Below, piece by piece: positions 1 through 9,106 of a stretch of DNA of 26,601 nucleotides (positions are counted from its first letter, which is position 1; the number at the start of each line of letters is the position of its first letter). This stretch comes from Sulfurimonadaceae bacterium (GTDB lineage Bacteria; Campylobacterota; Campylobacteria; Campylobacterales; Sulfurimonadaceae), in NCBI GenBank assembly GCA_041548245.1, contig JBFESZ010000021.1, forward strand, positions 1 to 26,601. The letters are read 5' to 3'. The translations under genes were made by a program, and so were the position numbers. Below the pieces are notes generated by a model. The model was not told where the DNA came from. It worked only from the letters and a program-made list of their open reading frames with translations, and did not search any database.

Positions 1-1
1 C

Positions 2-847
2 GAAGCCATTAAGACAGTCATCCCTAAAAAAAAGATAAAGATCTCCAAAGATGAACTTGAAGACCTGTTACTCGAGTGTGATGTTCATTACGATCTAATT
101 GAGAAAATACTGGGCGAGATCCCTTATGATGAAGTCAAGCGGGAACATCTCGAGTCAAAACTCTTGGCTTGTTTTAACTGGGCTTATTATGATGAGAAAG
201 AGTTTACTCCTCCCAAAGTCCAACTTATCATCGGTGTAAATGGTGCCGGTAAAACGACCACTATTGCCAAACTTTCTCAAAAGTACCTCAATGAAGGTAA
301 AAAGGTCATGCTGGGTGCTGCTGACACCTTCAGGGCAGCAGCCATTGAACAATTAAGCCGATGGGCTGATAAAATCGGTGTTCCTATCGTTGCGACCCAA
401 CAGGGCCATGATCCTTCGGCTGTTGCCTTTGATGCTATTTCCTCGGCAAAAGCGAAAGCCATGGATAACGTAATCATCGATACTGCCGGAAGATTACACA
501 CGCAGACAAACCTCTCGAATGAACTCAAAAAGATTGTTCGTATCTGTGACAAAGCCCATGCCGGTGCACCTCATGAAAAAATTCTTATCCTCGATGGGAC
601 ACAGGGAAACTCAGCCATCGATCAGGCCCGGGCTTTTAATGAAATGGTCGATATTGATGCTATTATTATCACAAAACTTGATGGTACAGCCAAGGGAGGG
701 TCTGTCTTTAGTATTGCCTATAGCCTTGAGATACCTATTCTCTATATCGGTGTCGGCGAGACACCTGATGACCTTGTAAAATTCGACAAAAGAGAATTTG
801 TCAGTGACTTTTTAGATGCGATCTTCGTAGAAGAAGAGCGCGCATAA
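2..847 (+). CDS. ftsY: Signal recognition particle receptor FtsY (5' truncated by the window edge)
   Basis: The frame is open from base 2 (EAIKTVIPKKK...LLACF), upstream of the ORF-track start at 164. SRP-GTPase motifs: GVNGAGKTTT, DTFRAAA, DTAGR, TKLDGTAKGG. Confidence 0.97.
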   Translation, partial: EAIKTVIPKKKIKISKDELEDLLLECDVHYDLIEKILGEIPYDEVKREHLESKLLACFNWAYYDEKEFTPPKVQLIIGVNGAGKTTTIAKLSQKYLNEGKKVMLGAADTFRAAAIEQLSRWADKIGVPIVATQQGHDPSAVAFDAISSAKAKAMDNVIIDTAGRLHTQTNLSNELKKIVRICDKAHAGAPHEKILILDGTQGNSAIDQARAFNEMVDIDAIIITKLDGTAKGGSVFSIAYSLEIPILYIGVGETPDDLVKFDKREFVSDFLDAIFVEEERA

Positions 848-870
848 AGATGACAAGTTGTCATCTTTTT
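846..870 (+). terminator. Probable intrinsic terminator after ftsY
   Basis: Stem AAAGATGAC/GTCATCTTT with an AAGTT loop, running into a T tract right at the ftsY stop codon. Confidence 0.65.
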
Positions 871-929
871 CACCTTTCTATCCTTGTTTATATTACACTT
901 TTTAACCGATTGAATAAGGAGTCATAACT

Positions 930-2279
930 ATGGCCAAAAAGAAAACTGTACTGTTTGAATGTCAGCACTGTGGTCTGACAAGTCCCAAATGGATGGGAAA
1001 ATGTACAAGTTGTGGCGCATGGGACTCGATGGTCGAACTCAATGAACATCAACAAGAGATCATTAAACTCACCTCTTCATCCCCTTCTGGAAGCTCTAAA
1101 GCCAAACCTATCACGGAAATTGAAGAGACAGAAGTTGAACGCTTCTCATCTGATGACATCGAACTTGACCTTGTGCTCGGTGGAGGAATAGTTCCGGGGG
1201 CCCTGACACTGATTGGAGGGAGCCCCGGGGTTGGAAAATCGACCCTGCTTCTAAAAATCGCTTCCAACATTGCCAAGCAAGGGAAAAACACACTTTATGT
1301 TACCGGAGAAGAGAGCGAAGGGCAGATCAAGATACGTGCTAATCGTTTAAAGGCCAATCAGGACAAACTCTTCCTTCTTAGTGAAATCAGACTAGAACAA
1401 GTCATGATTGAACTTTCCGAGCGTGAATATGAGTGTATTATTATTGACTCCATACAGACGCTCTATTCGGAAACGATTACCTCCGCACCAGGCTCTGTAA
1501 GTCAGGTACGCCAGATTACCTTCGATCTAATGCGTCTAGCCAAAGAAAAGAAAATCGCGATCTTTATCATCGGTCATATAACCAAAGAAGGATCCATAGC
1601 TGGACCTCGTGTTTTGGAACATATGGTCGATACTGTCTTGTACTTTGAGGGGGATTCTTCTCAAGAGTTGCGTATTTTACGTGGTTTTAAAAACCGTTTT
1701 GGTCCCACATCTGAAATTGGTGTATTTGAAATGAAAACTGAAGGATTAATCTCTGCCAAAGATATATCTTCCAAGTTCTTTTCAAAAACGAATGCTCAAC
1801 CGGGATCTGCCTTGACCGTCATTATGGAGGGCTCGCGTCCAATCATTATCGAAGTGCAAGCCCTGGTATCAGACTCCTATTCACCAAATCCAAAACGGCA
1901 AGCGACAGGTTTTGAAAACAATCGACTCAATATGCTTCTTGCTTTGCTGGAACGAAAGCTTGAAATACCTCTAAACCAATATGATGTCTTTATCAATATC
2001 ACAGGCGGTATTAAGATTACAGAGACCTCTGCTGACCTTGCCATCCTTGCAGCCATTATAAGCAGCTTTAGAAATCGAGCCATTTCAAAGGAGACAATCT
2101 TTATTGGAGAAGTTTCGCTTGTGGGTGATGTACGTGAAGTCTTTCAGCTTGACGCTCGCCTCAAAGAGTCGGCTATGCACAAGTTATCAAAAGCCCTGAT
2201 CGCAAAAAAACCCTCAGACAGCTTTGGATTAAAATGTTACGAGGTCAATGAGGTGACAAAACTAATTGATTGGATGTAA
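930..2279 (+). CDS. radA: DNA repair protein RadA/Sms
   Basis: N-terminal C4 zinc finger (CQHC...CTSC), Walker A GSPGVGKS, the KNRFG motif and a C-terminal Lon-like domain. SD AAGGAG lies upstream. Confidence 0.97.
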   Translation: MAKKKTVLFECQHCGLTSPKWMGKCTSCGAWDSMVELNEHQQEIIKLTSSSPSGSSKAKPITEIEETEVERFSSDDIELDLVLGGGIVPGALTLIGGSPGVGKSTLLLKIASNIAKQGKNTLYVTGEESEGQIKIRANRLKANQDKLFLLSEIRLEQVMIELSEREYECIIIDSIQTLYSETITSAPGSVSQVRQITFDLMRLAKEKKIAIFIIGHITKEGSIAGPRVLEHMVDTVLYFEGDSSQELRILRGFKNRFGPTSEIGVFEMKTEGLISAKDISSKFFSKTNAQPGSALTVIMEGSRPIIIEVQALVSDSYSPNPKRQATGFENNRLNMLLALLERKLEIPLNQYDVFINITGGIKITETSADLAILAAIISSFRNRAISKETIFIGEVSLVGDVREVFQLDARLKESAMHKLSKALIAKKPSDSFGLKCYEVNEVTKLIDWM

Positions 2280-2348
2280 TTTTTTCTCTTGCATAATATT
2301 ATTGCCATAACTCTTTAAATTCTTTGCCAATATTTACCAATTCTTGAG

Positions 2349-2354
2349 TATAAT
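2349..2354 (+). promoter_or_regulatory. Putative sigma70/80 -10 box for the 91-aa gene
   Basis: TATAAT about 36 nt before the ATG at 2391, with an AAGGA SD in between. Confidence 0.55.
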
Positions 2355-2390
2355 CAAAAATACTTATTTAGCACTAGAAGGATACTCTTT

Positions 2391-2666
2391 ATGAAACAAT
2401 GCTCTATTGATGCAGAATACAGAGGTGAAGAACGTTACAGCAAGCTCTCTTTGGCTTACGCAGATGCTGATGAAGAAAAGCGAATCAATTCAGCTATAGA
2501 GGAAGCAACTAATAAGTTCCCAGGCGTTGAACCGCAAATTTACACATCTAAAACTGTGGATGGGCGCAAACTTATTATTATTGAATACCATGATGATTAC
2601 GACCGTGAAGCCAATCAGGTATTTGAGATCTTATTGAAAAGGCTTGACATCACCGTGTGTCAATAG
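2391..2666 (+). CDS. Hypothetical small acidic protein (91 aa)
   Basis: Clean ORF with an AAGGA SD, an upstream TATAAT and a downstream hairpin. No family recognised. Confidence 0.8.
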   Translation: MKQCSIDAEYRGEERYSKLSLAYADADEEKRINSAIEEATNKFPGVEPQIYTSKTVDGRKLIIIEYHDDYDREANQVFEILLKRLDITVCQ

Positions 2667-2694
2667 CACCTTAAGCAATACTAGCACACATTAT

Positions 2695-2725
2695 TCGGCC
2701 TTCTCAAGCCTGTATAGAAGGCTGA
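2695..2725. terminator. Hairpin between convergent genes (possible terminator)
   Basis: TCGGCCTTCT/AGAAGGCTGA 10-bp stem (one G-U pair) with an 11-nt loop. A second A/T-rich stem, GCTTTTT/AAAAAGC, lies at about 2755-2776. Confidence 0.4.
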
Positions 2726-2784
2726 TTAAACACCTTTCTTAATGAAACCACTTGGCTTTTTGTACAAGTAAAAAGCATTTACTC

Positions 2785-3579
2785 CTACCAACCGATATAC
2801 AAAAAGAAAGATGATAAAAAATAATTAGCAACAAAAATTGAGACGGCTGAATAGACAACCGCGTGAATAGTTGCCAATCCCACACCTCTTGCTCCGCCAT
2901 GCGTAAAATAACCGATATATGTACCTATAGCGCTTACAAGAAAACCAAAGACAGCCGCTTTGATTAAACCTGAGCCAATGTCACTAAAATGTCCTAGGCG
3001 CATTATAGTATCCTGATAAGAATTTGGATTGACATCCAAGACCAGTGTAGATATGAAAAAAGCACTTGTGATCGCAACAAAATCAAAAACGAGTACCAGC
3101 ATCGGTAATGAAATTGTCGTCGCTACTATACGCGGAACAACCAGGTATTTTTTTGAATCGACGCCCAGGGTCTCTATTGCATCAATCTGTTCTGTTACAC
3201 GCATGGTTCCAAGTTCGGCGGCCATAGCACTGACTGCGCGCGAGATCAACATCAATGTGGCAAATACAGGTCCTAGTTCTTTTGTAATAGAGACGAATAT
3301 CGTATAGCCCATAAAACTCTCTACACCAAAGTCATGAAAGCCGTTATAGAGCTGTATTGCTTCAACCATTCCGGTAAAAAGACCTGTAAGCGCAACTACT
3401 CCGATGGTACCAATACCGATCAGTTCAATCTGTTTTAACAAAAGAGTCAGGCGGGAAAATGTTGTAAACAATAGCGGCAAGACACGTATCTGAAAAAGAA
3501 CAAAAGCACCCAGACCGTTAAGCATGCGGAAACTGTTGACTACAGGCCTTCCAATCGTTGCAAAAAAACTTTCAAACAT
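2785..3579 (-). CDS. mlaE: MlaE-family ABC transporter permease (lipid asymmetry maintenance)
   Basis: Signature motifs KELGPV, AAELGTMRVTEQIDAIETLG, YLVVPR and GGARGVG. Multi-TM protein with a GGAG SD. Confidence 0.93.
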   Translation of the reverse strand: MFESFFATIGRPVVNSFRMLNGLGAFVLFQIRVLPLLFTTFSRLTLLLKQIELIGIGTIGVVALTGLFTGMVEAIQLYNGFHDFGVESFMGYTIFVSITKELGPVFATLMLISRAVSAMAAELGTMRVTEQIDAIETLGVDSKKYLVVPRIVATTISLPMLVLVFDFVAITSAFFISTLVLDVNPNSYQDTIMRLGHFSDIGSGLIKAAVFGFLVSAIGTYIGYFTHGGARGVGLATIHAVVYSAVSIFVANYFLSSFFLYIGW

Positions 3580-3671
3580 CCACGACTCCGAAAATAACTG
3601 ACAAATTGTAACGAAATAATAAAGAATACTCTCTGAAGAGAGCTGAACACTCTTTACATATTACTCTGCTT

Positions 3672-3680
3672 TGCTATAAT
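3672..3680 (+). promoter_or_regulatory. Extended -10 promoter (TGnTATAAT) for fliL-acpS
   Basis: TGCTATAAT lies 31 nt upstream of the ATG at 3712. Confidence 0.65.
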
Positions 3681-3711
3681 AGAGCTAAATTAAATGCGCA
3701 GGAGCACGTTA

Positions 3712-4230
3712 ATGGCTGAAGAAGAGACAGAAGATCAGAGTACGCAGGAACAAGGTACAGAAAAAAAATCAAATCTGGTTTTGATTATTGTCATTGTCGC
3801 CCTTGTCTTTGTTTTACTTATTGTTGGTGTTGTTGTCGCCATGCTCGTAGGTGGAGATGCTGAACCATCTCAAAAAAGCAGCCCGTCGGCAAAGGAAAAA
3901 ACAAATACGTCTATGGAGTCCATGGAAGTCGGTCCTATGTTCCCGCTTGACACCTTTACAGTAAACTTACTCAGTGACAGTGGTCGTCGATATCTGAAAG
4001 TGCAGATGAACCTGGAACTCGACGGTGAAGAATTAGCGGCGGAGCTTGAGAGCAAGACAGCTGTTGTGCGTGATGTTGTTATCCGTATGCTCTCTTCAAA
4101 AACACTAGAAGAGATCTCTACTGCGAAAGGTAAGGACAAGTTAAAAGAACAGATTGTCATTCAGCTCAATCTTCGACTGCGTGACGGAAATGTCAGAAAT
4201 GTTTATTTTACTGAGTTTGTTGTTCAATAG
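3712..4230 (+). CDS. fliL: Flagellar basal body-associated protein FliL
   Basis: Single N-terminal TM helix followed by FTVNL...RYLK...RDVVI...GKDKLKEQI...VYFTEFVVQ. The start is moved from 3694 to 3712 because an AGGAG SD precedes that ATG. Adjacent to acpS, as in other Campylobacterota. Confidence 0.93.
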   Translation: MAEEETEDQSTQEQGTEKKSNLVLIIVIVALVFVLLIVGVVVAMLVGGDAEPSQKSSPSAKEKTNTSMESMEVGPMFPLDTFTVNLLSDSGRRYLKVQMNLELDGEELAAELESKTAVVRDVVIRMLSSKTLEEISTAKGKDKLKEQIVIQLNLRLRDGNVRNVYFTEFVVQ

Positions 4231-4236
4231 AGCCAA

Positions 4237-4596
4237 ATGATAGGGATAGACCTTATTAAACTTGATCGTATAAAGGGATCCTTAGATCGCTTTGGAGACA
4301 GGTTCCTTAAACGTTTTCTCTGCGATGAAGAGATTCTTCTTGTAAAAAACCATAAAACAGCCGCCGGATTTTGGGCTGCTAAAGAGGCCTCTTCAAAAGC
4401 TTTGGGAAGCGGTATCGGGAAAGAGTGCGGGTTTCACGACATTATTCTTTCCAAGACAGACAAAGGCGCCCCAAAGCTTACTCTTTCTGCTCGTCTTATG
4501 GAAATCCATAACATCACGGACACATCTGTATCCATCACCCATGACGGTGATTATGCCATAGCCGTTGTAGCCCTGGAAAGTTCTCGTAAGCTTTAA
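4237..4596 (+). CDS. acpS: Holo-[acyl-carrier-protein] synthase
   Basis: Motifs [21 protein letters not shown] and [10 protein letters not shown]. Confidence 0.96.
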   Translation: MIGIDLIKLDRIKGSLDRFGDRFLKRFLCDEEILLVKNHKTAAGFWAAKEASSKALGSGIGKECGFHDIILSKTDKGAPKLTLSARLMEIHNITDTSVSITHDGDYAIAVVALESSRKL

Positions 4597-4600
4597 CTAC

Positions 4601-4801
4601 TCAACCGCCTCCCACAAAGTCTAGTAGCTCTACCTTATCACCGTCATTCAGTGTATGTGTGTCCCATACATCCTGTTTTACAATATTCATATTGACTGCT
4701 GCCGCCATTACTTTATCCACAATACCCAGCTGTTTCATCATCTCTAAGAGTGTTAACTCTGCACTGTACTCTTTTATTTCACCATTTACTATAATTGTCA
4801 T
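4601..4801 (-). CDS. thiS: Sulfur carrier protein ThiS
   Basis: 66 aa with IIVNGE, AVNMNIV and LNDGDKVELLDFVGGG, ending in the C-terminal di-Gly. Confidence 0.93.
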   Translation of the reverse strand: MTIIVNGEIKEYSAELTLLEMMKQLGIVDKVMAAAVNMNIVKQDVWDTHTLNDGDKVELLDFVGGG

Positions 4802-5814
4802 TCTTTTCCTTTTTTATCTTTATCTTCTTGACGAAATCGTATCATCTTGAAACGTTCCCCTAAAAATGAAGGCATGATAAGCTGCTTTGCCCTCTCCAAC
4901 TCATGAGCGTAGATCTCTTCTCCACCCTGCTCTTTCAAAATCTCTAATAATTCCAAGAGACCCATATCCACCAAAGCCAGAGCCTGCGTCTTAAAATCGC
5001 ACATCTTAATACCGGCTTCTTCATAAGCATCTTTTAGATGCTCAAAGGTCACATCATAAGTTATATCAGAAACAGAAAATACCTTATCAAGATTTAAACC
5101 CTCCTCAAAAAGCGGAAATACTTCATGATCTTTATATACTCGTATAGAAAAGTCAGGACGAGCTTGCATCTCGCCGTAGTCATAAGTCATGAACTCAAAT
5201 CGTTTGGCTGCGGCTTTCATCTGCAAAGCAAATGCTTCATATCCGACAGCGATTTCACCTTTGTCTTTATGATACTTCTTTGCCTTTTCACTTACCCACT
5301 CGTCTGCTTCTTCAAACACGATATTTCCATTGAGCAAGGTAGCAATCTTATCTTGATAGATCAGCTCACAAGGAAAGGCATCAAATATCTCATTTGCAAT
5401 GAAAAAGGCATTCGGCAAATCCAACTCTTCTAATGACTTAACCTGTTTTAAAGTGACAATGTCTCCAAATGACTCCTTGAAGTACTTTCTTTGTTCTGCC
5501 TGTAGAAAATCAAACCGCTCAACAATAGCAAAAGAAAGCGTATCTAGCAGTTCTGGTCGTAAGGTATAGATGAACTGTACGATATCTGCTAGAAGATATC
5601 CCTTATGGGCTCCTATCTCACAGATTGTTGTCTCTTTGGGCAAAAAACCTTCATCAATAACGGAAATTATATGTTTCGCAATCGTTCCGCCAAAAAACTT
5701 GGAAGTAGAAACAGCAGTATAAAAATCGCCCTCTTTTCCAATCTCTTTGTATTTCGTATAATAGCCATTCTTACCGTAGAGCCAATCATACATATATTCA
5801 CTAAACTTCATCAT
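4798..5814 (-). CDS. SAM-dependent methyltransferase, MidA/NDUFAF7 (Methyltransf_28) family
   Basis: Motifs FSEYM..WLYG..GYY, GDFYTAV, EIGAHKG, NEIFDAFP, DYG, DITYDV and GERFK. Confidence 0.88.
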   Translation of the reverse strand: MMKFSEYMYDWLYGKNGYYTKYKEIGKEGDFYTAVSTSKFFGGTIAKHIISVIDEGFLPKETTICEIGAHKGYLLADIVQFIYTLRPELLDTLSFAIVERFDFLQAEQRKYFKESFGDIVTLKQVKSLEELDLPNAFFIANEIFDAFPCELIYQDKIATLLNGNIVFEEADEWVSEKAKKYHKDKGEIAVGYEAFALQMKAAAKRFEFMTYDYGEMQARPDFSIRVYKDHEVFPLFEEGLNLDKVFSVSDITYDVTFEHLKDAYEEAGIKMCDFKTQALALVDMGLLELLEILKEQGGEEIYAHELERAKQLIMPSFLGERFKMIRFRQEDKDKKGKE

Positions 5815-7030
5815 TTATCAACTTCTCATATAGGTTTAAAAGCTCAAGCTGTTTATCCAATTTGAATATTTCTTGATCAACCTTTTCTATTTCTACCGAG
5901 TTTTCAAGATTTTTTACATCATACTGCGTTTTATAACCAGCCTTATAGAGTGCTTTTGTGTCATCCAACAGTGTAGTATAAAGCTGTTTATTGTCCTGTG
6001 ACAAGGCTATCTTTTTATCAAAATTATGGATATTTTGCGTGACCTGCTCGTACAGGGCCTGAAGTTCACGTTTCTTATCATCAACAAGAATGATCGACTT
6101 CAAATATTCAACCCTGGCTGACTCAATATCCCTAAAGGTATTCAAATCAAAAGGCATAGTAACTTTTAGTCCATAGTTGTAATATTGTGTCTCCGGAGGA
6201 TTGAATGCACTCCCGGCTCCCATAAATGAGACATCTTCTTGCTTGTCCCAATTATACCCGGCTATCAAGTTTACCGTAGGAAGGTACTTTGCTATGGTTA
6301 CATTTTTGTTGTATCGATTCTTCTCGCGCCCACTACTCAACTGTCTAAAATCGATATTGTGTTCCAGAAATCTATCTTCGTTGACAAGTTCAAGATGTGG
6401 AATTGGCGTATTTGTATAATCAAGATCGCTGATCGCTTCAAACTTGGAGACTAGACGCTCTTTATTGGTCTGAAGATCATAAAGGACCTGCATCGCTTTG
6501 TTTTTTTCAATAATAGCACTGTTTAAAAAACCAGAATCCAGCTGACCGTTAAGATACTGCTCTTTTTTCTGTTCAAGGTTAATACGTGAATTATCAATCT
6601 GAAGTTCTTGACGGATCAAAGCAAGCTCGCTCTGCTTAATCTGAATCAGAAGCTGTACAGCCTCTTTAATCAACTTGCGTTTGGCAGCTTCTATACTGTA
6701 ATTGTTGTACTTGTAAGAGGCCTCTGCAAACTTGATTCCGTAGTATATCCCGCCGCTTTTGAAAATAGGTTGGTCCATAACGATAGCTGCGTTTTGCGTC
6801 TTCTGTGTAGAAGCACCCTGTTCGTTATATGGATTGCTTTTGGCGATGGTATAGTGCAGTTTAAGCGGCTGAATCCATGAATCTCTTAACTTCTTTTTTT
6901 CCAAAAGTGATTTTTCATAATCATAAGAGAACTCTTTGTGCTTAAGTTCTGATATATACGTATCTAAATCCAGTTCTTGCGCATAGACTGCAGCCAAGAA
7001 AAAGAGACTACAAAGAGCTAAGTGCTTCAT
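5801..7030 (-). CDS. TolC-family outer membrane efflux protein
   Basis: Signal peptide and two internal repeats of coiled coil plus beta strands (QPIFKSGG, YLPTVNL, YLNG, YKAG), typical of OEP repeats. Confidence 0.8.
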   Translation of the reverse strand: MKHLALCSLFFLAAVYAQELDLDTYISELKHKEFSYDYEKSLLEKKKLRDSWIQPLKLHYTIAKSNPYNEQGASTQKTQNAAIVMDQPIFKSGGIYYGIKFAEASYKYNNYSIEAAKRKLIKEAVQLLIQIKQSELALIRQELQIDNSRINLEQKKEQYLNGQLDSGFLNSAIIEKNKAMQVLYDLQTNKERLVSKFEAISDLDYTNTPIPHLELVNEDRFLEHNIDFRQLSSGREKNRYNKNVTIAKYLPTVNLIAGYNWDKQEDVSFMGAGSAFNPPETQYYNYGLKVTMPFDLNTFRDIESARVEYLKSIILVDDKKRELQALYEQVTQNIHNFDKKIALSQDNKQLYTTLLDDTKALYKAGYKTQYDVKNLENSVEIEKVDQEIFKLDKQLELLNLYEKLINDEV

Positions 7031-8186
7031 CTAAACGCTTGAATCCTTCGGCAATCTCTTCATCGCTGATCGTCAACGGTGGTAAAAGTCGAAGTGTATT
7101 ACGTCCTGCTTTGAGTACCAATACTCCATTTTCATGCGCTGCTTTAATAATATCTGCTAATGTCTGCGCATCTTTGACCCGGAGTCCTCTCATCAGACCG
7201 AACCCGACACTTTGTGTAAAAAGATTTGGATATTTGCCAAAAAGACTTTCCAAATATGTCTCAAATTTAATGAAAGTACGATCAAGTTCTCCACTGTTTT
7301 TCACACTTTCTAGAATATCCAATACAGCATTGGCAGCTGTCGTCGAAAGATAGTTTCCACCGAAAGTAGAACCGTGATCCCCCGCTTTAAAAATATCCTT
7401 TTTAGACGTCATCACAACACCAATAGGGACACCCCCGCCAAGTCCTTTTGCCAGGGTGATGACATCAGGCTGTATCTCATAGACATTCGAAGCCAAGAAT
7501 TCCCCAGTTCTGTACACACCTGTCTGAACTTCATCAACAATCAACAAAATGTCTTTCTCTTTTAAAACCTTGGCCAGGGCTTGCACCTTCTTCTTATCCA
7601 AAGGCTGAACACCACCTTCTCCCTGAACAAGTTCAATCATAACGGCTATCGTGTGATCATCAAGCATCCCTTCAATAGCGTCTATATCACTTGCATAAGT
7701 AAAACCGTCTGGAAACGGACCAAAATAATTGTGCATTGCTTCCTGACCCGTTGCTTTAAGCGCCGTAATAGTACGTCCATGGAACGATTGATCCAAAGTA
7801 ATAATCTTATAACGCTTGGGTTCACCCTCGACTTCACCATATTTACGTGCTATTTTAATAGCACCCTCATTAGCTTCAGCCCCTGAGTTTGCGAAAAAAC
7901 ACCTCATGTCATAACCACTCTGCTTCACAATACGTTCTGCGCATTTCACCTGTGGTTCGATCACATAGAGATTGGATATATGTGTAATATTGCTCACCTG
8001 ATTACAAATAGCCGTTGCTACTTTTTCATTCCCGTGGCCTACACTAACCACACCTATACCTGAGGTAAAGTCTATATATTCTTTGCCTGTATCATCCTTT
8101 AATACAGCGTTCTTTCCACTTACAAAGTTCGTATAGTTTCTCCCGTAAGTCGGTAATATATATTGGCTTTCTAAATCTTTTAACAT
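7008..8186 (-). CDS. argD: Acetylornithine aminotransferase (class III PLP enzyme)
   Basis: Motifs YIDFTSGIGV, NSGAEANEGAIK, SFHGRT, VQGEGG, DEVQTG, TLAKGLGGG and HGSTFGGN. Confidence 0.92.
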   Translation of the reverse strand: MLKDLESQYILPTYGRNYTNFVSGKNAVLKDDTGKEYIDFTSGIGVVSVGHGNEKVATAICNQVSNITHISNLYVIEPQVKCAERIVKQSGYDMRCFFANSGAEANEGAIKIARKYGEVEGEPKRYKIITLDQSFHGRTITALKATGQEAMHNYFGPFPDGFTYASDIDAIEGMLDDHTIAVMIELVQGEGGVQPLDKKKVQALAKVLKEKDILLIVDEVQTGVYRTGEFLASNVYEIQPDVITLAKGLGGGVPIGVVMTSKKDIFKAGDHGSTFGGNYLSTTAANAVLDILESVKNSGELDRTFIKFETYLESLFGKYPNLFTQSVGFGLMRGLRVKDAQTLADIIKAAHENGVLVLKAGRNTLRLLPPLTISDEEIAEGFKRLDEALSSL

Positions 8187-8207
8187 TTTTTTCCTTTTAT
8201 AGCTGAT

Positions 8208-8999
8208 TTATTTAAATTCTATCTTGTAAAGTTGTGAAAACTGTTTTGGTGCATCAACAATGATCTCCGTCTTATAGGATGAGATATGTTCCGTATCACT
8301 TAAAGGCCAGATCTTGTCTATCTTATACCCTGTTTGTTCACCATTAAGATATATCTCTTTGTTCTGAACTTCTTGTATTTCCTCAAGATTTAAAAATATC
8401 GTCAGCTTCGCCCTAGAAACATCTGCAATCTCAGCCAGATTCATACCCGCAGCGACCACCTGTCCCTTTTTGACATGCAACTTATACAAGACCATATCCT
8501 TTGCACTGATATGTTTATCCTTGATAGAACGTTCTAGCTGGGCTAAACGCAAGTTCGTATCATTAAGTTGAGAAGATATCGTTTCGATCTTTTCCAAAGT
8601 CGACAACTGTTGGTTCTGTGTCGTTGACAGATCAAAAAACTCTTTGTCCTTTTCAATCCTGGACTTGATAGGAAGATCCTTGATCCGTTCATAGTTCTCG
8701 CTCTTTCTATCAATCATGGCCAAAAGATTTTGCGACATTTTCTTGTTCAGGCTTAAACTTTCCTGCAGGTTAAGCTTTTTCTGTTGTAACAATGTCAACT
8801 CTTTATGATCCAGTTCATCATCAATGACAATAAAGTTCTGTGCTGAAAGCACCTTACCTTCTAAATCCTCATCTGCTCTTAGAACCAGACCAGACACGCT
8901 CGCCTGCAGTATATAGAACCGATAAGGCTCAGCTTTTGAATAATATTCTGAAGCCGTCATAACAGTAGAAATAAGTATACCCAGTATAATGTTTTTCAT
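8208..8999 (-). CDS. HlyD-family periplasmic adaptor / membrane fusion protein
   Basis: Signal peptide and split lipoyl-like halves (ASVSGLV...; LHVKKGQVVAAG..LAEIAD) flanking a long coiled coil. Confidence 0.75.
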   Translation of the reverse strand: MKNIILGILISTVMTASEYYSKAEPYRFYILQASVSGLVLRADEDLEGKVLSAQNFIVIDDELDHKELTLLQQKKLNLQESLSLNKKMSQNLLAMIDRKSENYERIKDLPIKSRIEKDKEFFDLSTTQNQQLSTLEKIETISSQLNDTNLRLAQLERSIKDKHISAKDMVLYKLHVKKGQVVAAGMNLAEIADVSRAKLTIFLNLEEIQEVQNKEIYLNGEQTGYKIDKIWPLSDTEHISSYKTEIIVDAPKQFSQLYKIEFK

Positions 9000-9006
9000 G
9001 AAATAG

Positions 9007-9012
9007 ATTATA
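9007..9012 (-). promoter_or_regulatory. -10 box 7 nt upstream of the HlyD-gene ATG (candidate leaderless start)
   Basis: The minus strand reads GGTATAAT-CTATTTC-ATG with no SD. Confidence 0.5.
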
Positions 9013-9063
9013 CCTAAAGTAGGTAGAACTCAAACTTTAGAACACTCCCTTTGAAAAAAACTA

Positions 9064-9072
9064 TGTTATAAT
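9064..9072 (+). promoter_or_regulatory. Extended -10 promoter for cheV
   Basis: TGTTATAAT lies 34 nt upstream of the ATG, with a GGGGA SD in between. Confidence 0.6.
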
Positions 9073-9106
9073 CAAGCCAATATTAAATTAATGATTTGGG
9101 GATAAC

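Noticed and set aside
2290-2340. Possible sigma54 (-24/-12) or Fur box in the radA-hypothetical intergenic region
   Set aside because: The GG-to-GC spacings are 12 or 9 rather than 10, and the ATAATATTAT palindrome lacks the central spacer and flanks of a Fur box.
3694-3711. Upstream ATG for fliL given in the ORF track
   Set aside because: The AGGAG SD lies inside this segment and points to ATG 3712.
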